Assembly (NCBI GenBank): GCA_013166775.1
Contig: JABLTJ010000005.1
Span: forward strand, 32,001-96,000
DNA: 64,000 bases
Direction of reading: 5' to 3'
Source of the DNA: Promethearchaeati archaeon
GTDB lineage: Archaea; Asgardarchaeota; Heimdallarchaeia; Heimdallarchaeales; Heimdallarchaeaceae
The stretch's first letter is position 1; each line of letters begins with the position of its first letter. Both the position numbers and the translations under genes were made by a program. This document shows, in pieces, positions 1-9,931 of this stretch. The notes under the pieces were generated by a model. The model had not been told where the DNA came from. It ran no database searches and worked only from the letters and a program-made list of their open reading frames with translations.

Positions 1-342
1 AACAACTCCCCTCTTCACCACTTTCTTAGCTGTCTTTGGGTCTTCAAGCTGTTCAACAATAGCAACTTTATGACCATTTTCAACCATTTTTGAAATATAA
101 GCATCCACTGCATGATAGGGAACGCCAGCTAATGGAAATTTCTTCTCACCCAATGTTCTTGAAGTTAATGTTATGTTTAGAACCTCTGAAGCGATTTTTG
201 CATCTTCATTAAAACACTCGTAAAAATCCCCTGCTCTAAAGAAGAGTATATACTCGTTATGCTGTTTCTTTATATCTTGCCACTGTTGCATCATAGGAGT
301 TAGCTTAGGTTTCAATTTTCTGTCATCGAATTGCTTCATCAT
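1..342 (-). CDS. mutS: DNA mismatch repair protein MutS, N-terminal part (runs off window start)
   Basis: Hand translation, not in the ORF track: MMKQ...LTPMMQQW...[15 protein letters not shown]...LAGVPYHA...[10 protein letters not shown], the MutS domain I signatures. Confidence 0.93.
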   Translation of the reverse strand, partial: MMKQFDDRKLKPKLTPMMQQWQDIKKQHNEYILFFRAGDFYECFNEDAKIASEVLNITLTSRTLGEKKFPLAGVPYHAVDAYISKMVENGHKVAIVEQLEDPKTAKKVVKRGVV

Positions 343-357
343 AATCACCATGTAGAA

Positions 358-1239
358 TTACTTCAAGAATTTTTCTTTCTTTTGAATATAAAAATCATAA
401 ATTTCTTTAGGTTGTTTTTTTGGATCAGCTGCTCCCCAAGAATAAACTTTTTCTGGCACATCACCTTCAGAATCAAACCATTTTCCCTCATCAATAGTTT
501 TTCTTAGAGAATCAACAATTGCTATTCCTGCACTCGCTCCTAACCTATTAGCTCCAGCGTTTATCATACGAACGGCAGTTTTAGCATCCTTAATCCCTCC
601 TGCTGCTTTTAATCCGAATTTATCACCTATAGTTTGACGCATAAGTAATACATGATCATAGAAAGCACCCATGGGACCAAAACCAGTTGATGTTTTTACA
701 AAATGTGCTTCAGCTTCTTTTACTATTTGACATGCTTTTATTATTTGTTCGTCTGTAAGATATCCAGTCTCTAAAATAACTTTGACAATTGCACCATCTG
801 CAGCTTTTACAACCTTTTCAATATCATTCTTAATGTAAGAATAATTTTTATCGTAAAAGGCACCTATATTCAGAACCATATCAATTTCTTGTGCACCAGA
901 GTTAATAGCATCATTTGTTTCGAATTCTTTAGCTTCCGTTGTGCAAGATCCTAGAGGAAAACCAACTACTGCAGCAACCTCTACATCTGTATTTTTAAGG
1001 ACTTTAGAGCATAGCTCAACATAACTTGTGTTAACACAAACAGCAGCAAACTTGTATTCGGCTGCTTCATCACACAATTCTTTGATTCTTTTTCTTGTGG
1101 CAAAAGGTTTGAGGTTAGTATGATCAATCAAACCTGCCATCTCATCTACTGAAACCTTCTTAGAATACACAAGATGATGAAAGAGTAAAAATACAAAAAC
1201 ATTCCGACTGTTAGGTGGATATTCAAAAACCATAATCAA
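358..1239 (-). CDS. deoC: Deoxyribose-phosphate aldolase (true start probably ~1170 or 1140)
   Basis: IDHTNLK, VGFPLG, EIDMV, KVILETG, FVKTSTGF, KAAGGI, RLGAS motifs. Confidence 0.95.
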   Translation of the reverse strand: MIMVFEYPPNSRNVFVFLLFHHLVYSKKVSVDEMAGLIDHTNLKPFATRKRIKELCDEAAEYKFAAVCVNTSYVELCSKVLKNTDVEVAAVVGFPLGSCTTEAKEFETNDAINSGAQEIDMVLNIGAFYDKNYSYIKNDIEKVVKAADGAIVKVILETGYLTDEQIIKACQIVKEAEAHFVKTSTGFGPMGAFYDHVLLMRQTIGDKFGLKAAGGIKDAKTAVRMINAGANRLGASAGIAIVDSLRKTIDEGKWFDSEGDVPEKVYSWGAADPKKQPKEIYDFYIQKKEKFLK

Positions 1240-1329
1240 GTCTTATGGATAAAAAGTATAAGAAGCCAAAATATTTAAAATCGTTTCTTCTCAATCGGTC
1301 AAAGAACAAAAAAGACGAGGTTAGTATTA

Positions 1330-3426
1330 ATGAAAATTACTAAAGGTACGTTGTTAACTTTTGCTATACTTTCTATTATTAGTGTGTCATTATTACCCAT
1401 ATTTGGTGTAGGCCAAGAAACCCAAGTATCAAACCATAATGACAGCTTACAGAACATCAATGAAAATCCCACTAATCAATTTAGAGACGCCATTTATACT
1501 GGTGGTGATTATTATGATTATGGGTTAAATGCTACTGCTAAATTTAACAGAACAGTTAACTTTGAGCATTTTGGGGTAGCATCCATTTTAGATTCGATTG
1601 AAGTAAACATAATTGGCAATGTTAATTTAACCTATTTCAACTATACATTACCTAATTTAAATACAGGAAATATAACATTCATCAGCTTCCGTGTAGCAAA
1701 TAATTCACTTGAGGATATCGCATACAAAAACGCAACTCGAACCTATACCTTTAGTAGTTTAATAAATTACACAACATATCTGGTTCCATTTTATGAAAAC
1801 AGAACCGAAATTGGTATGGGTGATAAATACTATATTAGTGTCTACATTGAATTAGCACAACCTTTTGACTATACTATTGTAAACAAAGAACAACTATTGC
1901 ATTTCTCTGAACTTTTCTATCCTCTCATAAACAACATTCCAATCATTAGTAATAGTTCGGTTGTGGTGAATAAGCAAGGTAATGACCTTTTTGTTGATAA
2001 TGAAGAGTTTCGAATAACTCCAAACAATTCAACAGAAAATCTCATTCTCCTTAGTTTACCTGAACAAGATAGATTAGAATGGACCAATATCACAAGACAT
2101 CCTTTCAATTACAGTCAAGAATATGATGATGACTTGATTATGAATGTTTATGTCTCATCTGTGAGCACAGTTGAAGCATTAGAAGATGCTACTAACACAA
2201 TTTTATTCAAAGCAAATTATGTTCATCGCACAGTAGAAATTGACCCTTATGGTCTAGCTATTGTAACTGAAGAACAAAATCTTGTTTTCCTAGGACCTGA
2301 TTGGCCAGAAGATACGTCTCTGATTCTTGTCAAATTATATGGTTTAAATGCATTTACTATTGTTCTTCCTGCAAATGCAACGATTCTAGCATTAGACGAT
2401 GAAATTGGAGGATTGAATTTGTTGTATCAATTGGATGAAGACACTTTCTTCGAAAGAGGGTCTTACAATTTACGTGAAAGTATCTTTACAGGACTTCAAG
2501 GATTAGTTATATTCCCACGATCCCCTCTTTTCAAAGGGGATGAGATGACTTTCACAATCAAGTATAAAGTTCCGTTGGATGTATTTTTATCTAGAGAAGA
2601 ATCAACCACCAATTACAAGTTAAGACTCAGTCCATGCTCTATTATTAATTGGACAGTGGATGAGTTGAAATTGGATATAATCTTACCTAAAGGTGCAGTA
2701 TATCGTTCTTACAACTATTTTAGTCCTGACCCATATCAGGAATTCGTTTTGGGCTATGATAGGACTTTTGATTTAAGCAGTCTTGGTTTCAAAAGAACTC
2801 TTCACTTTTCTACAACAGTATTTTCCGGAAGTGATAATGCTCCTATTGAAGTGCTTTTTACTTATAATAGAGCAAATCTTTGGATTACTTATTTCTTCCA
2901 GATAATTGCAGTTGGTATAATTTTCGCTATTTATCTAGGAATTAGATACTCTACAAAAGCAGCAAAGGAAATCATTGGTGAAGAGGAGAAAGAATCCATT
3001 CCTACTGATGAAGTTGAGGAATTTGTTAAACAATACGAAGAGGTTTTAGCACTTAGAGAAAGATTACGTGAAACCCGAGCAAAAATAGCTTCCAAGAAAC
3101 TGAAAGCAAGACAAGGAAAGGAAATCCAAACACAACTGCAAAAACGTTTACGTGCTGAAGAAGAAGGTTTGAAACTTGCAAAACAAAATCTTGTCCAACA
3201 TGGAAGAAGATACAAAGAATCCGTTCAAAAAGTTGAGATAGCTGAACGAAAACTCCTAGAAGAGAGAAGAAACCTTAGATTACTTCAGCAAGAATATAGA
3301 GAAAAGAAAACCATGACTAAGGAATCCTATGTTAAACTATTCAGAGAGAGACAACAAACAATTGAAAAACTAAAGAACGAGATCAATGGGATTCTTGTAA
3401 CCCTAAGAATGCTTTTAGAACCTTAA
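1330..3426 (+). CDS. Ribophorin I (OST1/RPN1)-like membrane protein with C-terminal coiled coil
   Basis: Signal peptide; HRTVEIDPYGLAIVTEE, DDEIGG, PRSPLFKG and VDELKLDIILPKGA resemble RPN1 RVIEVSHWGNIAVEE, RDEIGN, PRFPLFGG and VKIILPEGA; single TM; many N-x-S/T sequons. Confidence 0.75.
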   Translation: MKITKGTLLTFAILSIISVSLLPIFGVGQETQVSNHNDSLQNINENPTNQFRDAIYTGGDYYDYGLNATAKFNRTVNFEHFGVASILDSIEVNIIGNVNLTYFNYTLPNLNTGNITFISFRVANNSLEDIAYKNATRTYTFSSLINYTTYLVPFYENRTEIGMGDKYYISVYIELAQPFDYTIVNKEQLLHFSELFYPLINNIPIISNSSVVVNKQGNDLFVDNEEFRITPNNSTENLILLSLPEQDRLEWTNITRHPFNYSQEYDDDLIMNVYVSSVSTVEALEDATNTILFKANYVHRTVEIDPYGLAIVTEEQNLVFLGPDWPEDTSLILVKLYGLNAFTIVLPANATILALDDEIGGLNLLYQLDEDTFFERGSYNLRESIFTGLQGLVIFPRSPLFKGDEMTFTIKYKVPLDVFLSREESTTNYKLRLSPCSIINWTVDELKLDIILPKGAVYRSYNYFSPDPYQEFVLGYDRTFDLSSLGFKRTLHFSTTVFSGSDNAPIEVLFTYNRANLWITYFFQIIAVGIIFAIYLGIRYSTKAAKEIIGEEEKESIPTDEVEEFVKQYEEVLALRERLRETRAKIASKKLKARQGKEIQTQLQKRLRAEEEGLKLAKQNLVQHGRRYKESVQKVEIAERKLLEERRNLRLLQQEYREKKTMTKESYVKLFRERQQTIEKLKNEINGILVTLRMLLEP

Positions 3427-3541
3427 ATTCTCACTCATTTTTCTTTTCTTTATTTTTATTCCTTTTTTTTCCTTTGGATACTCTACAAATATTTATAAGA
3501 AAATGAATTGAAACTTCTTTAACAGATAACTGAGTGTAAAC

Positions 3542-3946
3542 ATGCATCTTGAAAGTGTTATTGAAAGTGCCGAAGTCATAAAGAAAGAGGTTCCTGGATT
3601 ATCTGAAGTAGCAAAAGAACTAGCAAGAGTTCTAAAGAAGGGAAGATTTTTTTTGAATAAGCTATTTGATATTTGCAGTAGAGAGGGACTGAACATAGAT
3701 TTAAATCCAGAAGAACAGAATGAAATTTCATTGAAGGTTGCTTTAGTAACAAATCCAGACCAAGTTTTTCAATATGCACGTGTTGTTCAACTAGTTTTTC
3801 AGTTGAACTATTTTACTAAATGTTATGAGAAAGCAATAGGACACGGAAAATTATCTGATTCTGTGAAAAAAGAAGCAAAAACAATTTTAAAAGAAATTGA
3901 TAGATTCAGAAAATTAATAGAAAAAGAGTATGTTGCAAGCATTTAA
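3542..3946 (+). CDS. Hypothetical protein
   Basis: 134 aa ORF with typical composition; no recognised motif. Confidence 0.6.
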   Translation: MHLESVIESAEVIKKEVPGLSEVAKELARVLKKGRFFLNKLFDICSREGLNIDLNPEEQNEISLKVALVTNPDQVFQYARVVQLVFQLNYFTKCYEKAIGHGKLSDSVKKEAKTILKEIDRFRKLIEKEYVASI

Positions 3947-4028
3947 GATATGATAATCACTAGTAAATACAATCTTAAACTATTAAGAGCGAACTGAATT
4001 TTTGTGATAAAATCAGTGGGTTATTGGA

Positions 4029-4793
4029 ATGCTTAACGAGAAAGAAAAAGAGAAATATAATAGACAAACAATAATACCAAATTTTGGTCAAAAGGGCCAA
4101 ATAAAATTAAAAAACAGCAAAGTATTGGTCATAGGATTAGGGGGGCTTGGTTCAGCAGTTTTACATTATCTAGTATGTGCTGGTGTCGGATACATTGGAA
4201 TAGTTGACAAAGACAAAGTAGAACTATCTAATCTGAATAGACAAATTCTTCATTATGAAACAAGCGTTGGTAAGAACAAAACTACTTCAGCTAAAGATAA
4301 AATGAATCAACTTAATCAGGACGTATTAATTGAGGAATTTAATCTAACGCTAGATGAGGAGAATATTGAATCTATTATATCAGGATATGATTTTATAGTG
4401 GAAGCTAGTGATAATTTTGAAACTAAATTCTTGGTAAATGACACTTGTGTAAAAATAGGGATTCCTTTTGTAATAGGGGGAGTTCATCAATTCGAAGGAC
4501 AGATAATTACTGTAATTCCCAAATTTTCTGCTTGTTATCGTTGCGTTTTCAAAGAGATACCTGAAAAAGGGTCTTATCCAACAACATCTGAGGAAGGAAT
4601 AATTGGAACAACAGCAGGTCTTTTTGGAGTTGTTGAAGCAAATGAAGTCATTAAATTTCTTGTTTTCAAGGATTATGGTAAATTGCTAGTTAACAAGATG
4701 CTGTATATAGATTTACAATACAATACATTTGATACTTTCCAAGTAAATAGGGATGAAACTTGTAGTATTTGTTCAGAAAATCACAATAAATGA
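4029..4793 (+). CDS. ThiF/MoeB/HesA (E1-like) adenylyltransferase
   Basis: GLGGLG, DKVELSNLNRQ, SDNF, CYRC and C-terminal CxxC. Confidence 0.92.
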   Translation: MLNEKEKEKYNRQTIIPNFGQKGQIKLKNSKVLVIGLGGLGSAVLHYLVCAGVGYIGIVDKDKVELSNLNRQILHYETSVGKNKTTSAKDKMNQLNQDVLIEEFNLTLDEENIESIISGYDFIVEASDNFETKFLVNDTCVKIGIPFVIGGVHQFEGQIITVIPKFSACYRCVFKEIPEKGSYPTTSEEGIIGTTAGLFGVVEANEVIKFLVFKDYGKLLVNKMLYIDLQYNTFDTFQVNRDETCSICSENHNK

Positions 4794-4867
4794 AATCTAT
4801 AAATCCAAGTTTTTACAACAAATTCTGTTTTAAAAGAATGTTTTAAAATCCATAAATATTTCAAAGG

Positions 4868-5560
4868 ATGAAGAGGATGAAACATATACCTATTGATGAA
4901 GATAAAGAAATCGAAGATCCTTATTCTTCAACTCCTGTGAGGAGGATTATAGGGCATCATACTCTCGATATGCTCAGCTTTCAGAATTTGTCAAACATAT
5001 ATATGATAATTGCACCAATTGTGGTTTTAGTAATTCTTGTAGCTATAAAGTTGGGAACCTTTGCAATTTTGATCAATAAAATGAATTTTGAACCATCATT
5101 GAATCCTAATCTAAATGTAGACTTCATGAGAATAAAAGAAAGTCTCTACTTGGGGATTCTAGTTACTACTATACCTCAAATTCTACTGTGGGCAACATTA
5201 TTATACCCTCTACTTAAAATGCTGGGGGGAAAAGGAGATTATTTTAGAACATTGTCTATATATAGTACAGCCCATATCCCTGTTGTTATAGGTTCTTTCA
5301 TTTTGTTGTTGATAGCTATTGCTCAACCAATAGCAACAATTCCCACAAATGTGGAAAATTTCAACATTGTTGAAGCTTTCAACTATGTAACACAAGGTTA
5401 TAGAATAGCAAATTTCATCATACTTCCAGTAACATCACTTTATACTCATGTAATTGCAGGAACAGGTTTGGGTGCTGAGCATAAAATACCTCAACTTCTT
5501 GGAATAATTATAGGAGTTATAGCAAGTATTTTAGCAATTCTGTTCTATTTCTTGGTATAA
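4868..5560 (+). CDS. Yip1-like multi-pass membrane protein
   Basis: About 5 TM helices; LGGKGDYFRTLSIYSTAHIP resembles the Yip1 GG.G.f..t.....ya..P motif. Confidence 0.6.
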   Translation: MKRMKHIPIDEDKEIEDPYSSTPVRRIIGHHTLDMLSFQNLSNIYMIIAPIVVLVILVAIKLGTFAILINKMNFEPSLNPNLNVDFMRIKESLYLGILVTTIPQILLWATLLYPLLKMLGGKGDYFRTLSIYSTAHIPVVIGSFILLLIAIAQPIATIPTNVENFNIVEAFNYVTQGYRIANFIILPVTSLYTHVIAGTGLGAEHKIPQLLGIIIGVIASILAILFYFLV

Positions 5561-5621
5561 TTTTTTGCTAAATATTCTTGATAAACACTTTTTAAAGCTT
5601 TAAAAGAACAAGTATATCATA

Positions 5622-6620
5622 ATGATAAAAACCAATATCTCCTTAATTGGCTGTGGTGCTGTAGCCGAATATTATCATCTTCCTGTATTGCAAAGGATGC
5701 CAGAGTTTAATATTAAATATCTGGTGGATTTAGACCAAAACAGATCTACATACTTAAAAAAACTATATAGGTTAGAGTCAGAGACGGTAGATGACTTAGA
5801 TATTGTTCTAAAAGACGATCAAATTGACGCTGTTTTACTGCTAACCCCCCCTAAGTTACATAAAGATCAAATTGTCAAAGCAGCTAAAGCTGGAAAACAT
5901 ATATTTTGTGAAAAACCATTGGCAATGGATAATGAAGAAACTAAGGAGATTCTGCAGGTGTGCAAACAAGAAAATGTTAATCTTCTCGTAGGTTATCAAA
6001 TGCGCTTTGATGGAAAATATTCTAAGATTAAGGAATTAATTTCCAAAAAATTGTTTGGAGAGATTATTGGAGGTCATGGTTTACATTTTGCTAATGCTTT
6101 TGAGTGGCCTAGTATAACAAAGTTCCAGACTGATAGAAGTCAAGGCGGTGGGGCATTATTTGAAATGATGCATTTTGTTGATCTTACCACCTGGTTTTTT
6201 GGTAAAGCAATATCATTACAATCACAAATTTCAACAAGAAATAAGAAATCTCAGGTAGATGATAGCGCTTATCTTTCAATTAATTTTGAAAACGATATTC
6301 ATGTTTCTCTTCATATAGGTTGGAACAAATTAACTGTTAACTCTTTTACAGTTTTTGGAACAGAAGGTTATGTAAGAGCACTTTCTGATACAAAGAAACT
6401 ACATTTTCATGCTAAAGATCTTCTTGCCCAACCTCCTATTTTGATAAGACCTAATCACAGTATTTCCCCCTTCCATGATGAATTATTACATTTTCATAAC
6501 ATAGTTCAAGGAAAAGAAAAACCTATTACAACTGCTAACGAAATACTGCAAAATTCTGTAATTATAGAAAAATCATATGAGCAGCAATCAGAAAGCAACT
6601 TAATTCACTTGGGGGAATAA
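5622..6620 (+). CDS. Gfo/Idh/MocA family oxidoreductase (nucleotide-sugar dehydrogenase-like)
   Basis: IGCGAVA, GKHIFCEKP, GGGALFEMMHFVD. Confidence 0.92.
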   Translation: MIKTNISLIGCGAVAEYYHLPVLQRMPEFNIKYLVDLDQNRSTYLKKLYRLESETVDDLDIVLKDDQIDAVLLLTPPKLHKDQIVKAAKAGKHIFCEKPLAMDNEETKEILQVCKQENVNLLVGYQMRFDGKYSKIKELISKKLFGEIIGGHGLHFANAFEWPSITKFQTDRSQGGGALFEMMHFVDLTTWFFGKAISLQSQISTRNKKSQVDDSAYLSINFENDIHVSLHIGWNKLTVNSFTVFGTEGYVRALSDTKKLHFHAKDLLAQPPILIRPNHSISPFHDELLHFHNIVQGKEKPITTANEILQNSVIIEKSYEQQSESNLIHLGE

Positions 6621-6624
6621 TGTA

Positions 6625-7686
6625 ATGTCCTTGGTGGTAGTAAAAACAGAAGTAGATCTTTCAAATCTAGATAAGAATGTTAGTGATGCTTTGAAGGAAC
6701 TTAACTTTGAAATTAAGGACAATGACATCATCACCATTAAGCCAAATCTATGCGATTACAGACCCTCTGAGCAAGGAGGGACAACAGATCCTCTTGTTGT
6801 CGAAGCAGTGATCAAATATATTAGAACCTTATCTAATTGTCCAATAAACATTGTTGAGAGTGATCATGCTTTAGCAATTGCTGATGATGAATTTGAGAGA
6901 ATGGGATATTTGTATTTGGAGAAAGAATATGAGAATGTTAAAGTTATTAATTTAACTAAAGAAAAGCACCACAGGTTATATCTCGGTGGATTTTATTTTG
7001 ATGAATTCTCAGCACCAGAAGTGTTACTTAAAACAACCAAATTAGTTAATGTTGCTAAATTAAAAACACATACGCAAACAAAGATTACTTGCATTTTAAA
7101 GAATCAGTTTGGTCTGGTGTCCCGAAGATACAAGAAAAGATATCATCCTTTTCTAAGTGAAGTGATTCTAGATCTCATCAAACTGTTTCCCCCAACTCTT
7201 TCAATAATAGATGGGCTAGTTGCTATGGAAGGCTCCGGTCCCTCTGATGGAGATCGAAGAGATTCTAAAATCCTTATTTGTGGTAATGATCCAGTAACAA
7301 CTGATATTATTGCAGCGCGAGTAATGGGTATTAAACCTCTGACTGTACCTGTAATAAAGCTGGCAAAGAAAAAGAAGGTTAGTAACCTAAAATACAATCT
7401 AATAGGTACTCTGCCCAAACTGAAATTCAAACACATGCCGTGGTATTCTTATCTTATGCGACGATATGGTTTAAATTCACATAAGAGAGCTGCTAGAAAA
7501 TATGCAAAGAAGAAAAAGAGATCTGAATTCTATTCAGATGTAGCTGCTGGCTTTCTTGTTCTAAAACAAGGAAATTATTCCACTCTACAATCAGGACTTA
7601 TTGATAGACAAATTTTCTTCAGAGTTTTCAAGGGGATGCTAAAACGACCTTTTGTTAGAATTAAGTTAAAACTAAAAGGTATTTAG
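6625..7686 (+). CDS. DUF362 domain protein
   Basis: IKPNL, TTDP, KLKTH, LKNQFG, IIDG..AMEG.GP. Confidence 0.85.
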   Translation: MSLVVVKTEVDLSNLDKNVSDALKELNFEIKDNDIITIKPNLCDYRPSEQGGTTDPLVVEAVIKYIRTLSNCPINIVESDHALAIADDEFERMGYLYLEKEYENVKVINLTKEKHHRLYLGGFYFDEFSAPEVLLKTTKLVNVAKLKTHTQTKITCILKNQFGLVSRRYKKRYHPFLSEVILDLIKLFPPTLSIIDGLVAMEGSGPSDGDRRDSKILICGNDPVTTDIIAARVMGIKPLTVPVIKLAKKKKVSNLKYNLIGTLPKLKFKHMPWYSYLMRRYGLNSHKRAARKYAKKKKRSEFYSDVAAGFLVLKQGNYSTLQSGLIDRQIFFRVFKGMLKRPFVRIKLKLKGI

Positions 7687-7738
7687 TGAGGTCTAAAATA
7701 CAACAAACTTTTTTATTTCTTCTTTCTTTCTGAATCCT

Positions 7739-8308
7739 ATGGGTGAAGAAAAGAATTATTTTGTACATCCTTCTGCATTTGTTGAAGATAATGTAACTAT
7801 TGGAACTGATACTAAAATCTGGCATCAAGTTCAAGTAAGGACCGGTGCAAAAATAGGAAGCAATTGCATATTTGGAAAATCAGTCTTCATTGATACTAAT
7901 GTTACTATTGGGGATAATGTGAAGATTCAAAACCTTGTTTCTGTTTATCAAGGCGTTACTATTGAAGATGATGTTTTTGTTGGACCACATGTTTGCTTTA
8001 CTAATGATCTTCTACCTAGAGCGACATCCCCCGAATGGACAATAATTAAAACATTAGTGAAAAAAGGTGCTTCAATTGGTGCCAATTCTACAATAATCTG
8101 TGGTATAACAATAGGTGAATACTCCATGATTGGAGCTGGAAGTTTAGTCTCTAGAGATGTTCAACCCTTTACTTTAGTTTTTGGCAACCCAGCAAAGTTG
8201 CGAGGGTATGCATGCTTCTGTGGGGAAATTCTTAGAAAGACAGATGAACCTCTTCCAGCTGGTACAATTCTTCATTGTAGTGAATGTAAACGTGATGTGA
8301 TGCTGTAA
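7739..8308 (+). CDS. Hexapeptide-repeat sugar N-acetyltransferase (WbpD/WlbB-like)
   Basis: VHPSAFV, KIWH, VKIQNLVSVY, FTND, GASIGAN, GNPA, C-terminal Cys cluster. Confidence 0.88.
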   Translation: MGEEKNYFVHPSAFVEDNVTIGTDTKIWHQVQVRTGAKIGSNCIFGKSVFIDTNVTIGDNVKIQNLVSVYQGVTIEDDVFVGPHVCFTNDLLPRATSPEWTIIKTLVKKGASIGANSTIICGITIGEYSMIGAGSLVSRDVQPFTLVFGNPAKLRGYACFCGEILRKTDEPLPAGTILHCSECKRDVML

Positions 8309-8468
8309 TCATTGAAACGCTTTATTCAATAAGAAAACCTTGTTTTTTTTAATCAGCTATTGAACCAAATTTTTGATTAGCTAATTTTCTGTGGATATCC
8401 TTTTATAGAATATCTATATGGGGGTACATCACATACAGCTCGAAGCGACAGTGTTACAAAAATATAAA

Positions 8469-8482
8469 TGTCATAACTGACA
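8469..8482. promoter_or_regulatory. Palindrome TGTCA-N4-TGACA just downstream of a TATA-like AATATAAA; candidate autoregulatory operator
   Basis: Inverted repeat seen in sequence upstream of the RHH gene; function inferred. Confidence 0.35.
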
Positions 8483-8510
8483 AAATAGAAAATGATTCGC
8501 TAAAGATAAT

Positions 8511-8738
8511 GTGATTTGGGGTGATCAAATGAATCTAATATCGATTAGACTTCCAAGTGAGTTCGTAGAAATTCTTGATGAAATGGTTCTGCAGGGAAAA
8601 TATGCTTCAAGATCAGAAGCAATAAGACTAGCTTTACGTGATTTTTATAGAGAGCATTATGCTTCAAAACAATCAACAGATTTCCGATTTCCTAATATGG
8701 AATTCGCTTACAAGAATGTGATTTTTGAAGACGATTAA
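8511..8738 (+). CDS. Ribbon-helix-helix (CopG/CdrS-like) transcriptional regulator
   Basis: MNLISIRLP...LDEMV..GKYASRSEAIRLALRD. Confidence 0.85.
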   Translation: MIWGDQMNLISIRLPSEFVEILDEMVLQGKYASRSEAIRLALRDFYREHYASKQSTDFRFPNMEFAYKNVIFEDD

Positions 8739-8863
8739 GCTATATTTCTTTACTAGATACCTTGCTGGATAACTTGATATAACGCTAGATTTAACAAAGG
8801 GAGAAAGAGAAGAATATTAAACTAGTCGTAAACAATTCTTTCAAAATAATTTAGAGTAATTAG

Positions 8864-9931
8864 GTGAGTGATTTGGTAGATGGTGAAGAAAAAGAAACTA
8901 CTCAGAAGAGCCTTACGTCTACAAATGATGAAATTACTCAAGATGAAAAATCACAAAACTTCTTCAATAGACTAAATTTGAGGTATTCAAATTTCAAACA
9001 AAGAACTTCAAATAAATTAGATCCTATAGCTGAAAAGTTTTCACCTCTTACTTCTTTTCTCAAAAAAAGATATTTACGATATGCAATATCGTCAATATTA
9101 GTAGCTTTTGTGATTTATTTTTATGTAATGTACGAAATATCTAGAGGAGCAGAGACGGTGAAGATACTGTTCCGTGATACTAATACTAACCATCTTGTAC
9201 CCCTTGGATTAGTTTTAGCTTTCATAGCAGTTTTGTATGTGACTTGGGATGATAACATATTCAAAAAGTACAGAAAACCTGGTTTATATGTGGTACTTCT
9301 AACAACTATCTTCTACGTTCTAATTTTTTCAGGTATTGATACATATCTCTTTGAATTATCAATTGCAAAGTGGTTAACTAGGTTAACAGGATTAATTGTT
9401 CCCTATACCCTCCGTTTTTTTGGTTTAAATGTTACTAGTATAGAGTGGAACGAGGCTCGAATTAATACTTTTATAGGTTTAGGAGAGCCAAGTAAAACCC
9501 CTGGTCTCTTAATTGATCCAAGATGTAGTGGGATACATTCTATGACAATTTTCATTTTCATTTTTCTGCTAATGCTATTTGAAGCAAGAAAAAAGATACA
9601 TTGGAATCACAAAGCAGTTGGAGTAACCATAATTGGAATCCTAGGGACCTATCTAATGAATTTCCTAAGAATCACAATAGTTATGCTCACCTTCTACTAT
9701 GGAGGAACCAATTTAGGAGAATCAGTACATAATGTTCTAGGATATGTACTTCTAGTTATATGGCTTCCAATCTTCTGGTTGTTTATTCTACCTTTAGCTG
9801 AAAAAGGGAGAATATTCAGAAAGAAGAAAGCTAAGGAAATGGAAGCAAGTAGAGACGATATTACAAAAATAGGCGAAAGTGAGGAAAAAGCCCAATCAGA
9901 AAATTCAGAGAAAGATCACCTATCCAATTAG
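8864..9931 (+). CDS. Exosortase/archaeosortase family protein
   Basis: Multi-TM; Cys-Arg-His triad in PRCSG, NFLRI, ESVHN. Confidence 0.88.
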   Translation: MSDLVDGEEKETTQKSLTSTNDEITQDEKSQNFFNRLNLRYSNFKQRTSNKLDPIAEKFSPLTSFLKKRYLRYAISSILVAFVIYFYVMYEISRGAETVKILFRDTNTNHLVPLGLVLAFIAVLYVTWDDNIFKKYRKPGLYVVLLTTIFYVLIFSGIDTYLFELSIAKWLTRLTGLIVPYTLRFFGLNVTSIEWNEARINTFIGLGEPSKTPGLLIDPRCSGIHSMTIFIFIFLLMLFEARKKIHWNHKAVGVTIIGILGTYLMNFLRITIVMLTFYYGGTNLGESVHNVLGYVLLVIWLPIFWLFILPLAEKGRIFRKKKAKEMEASRDDITKIGESEEKAQSENSEKDHLSN

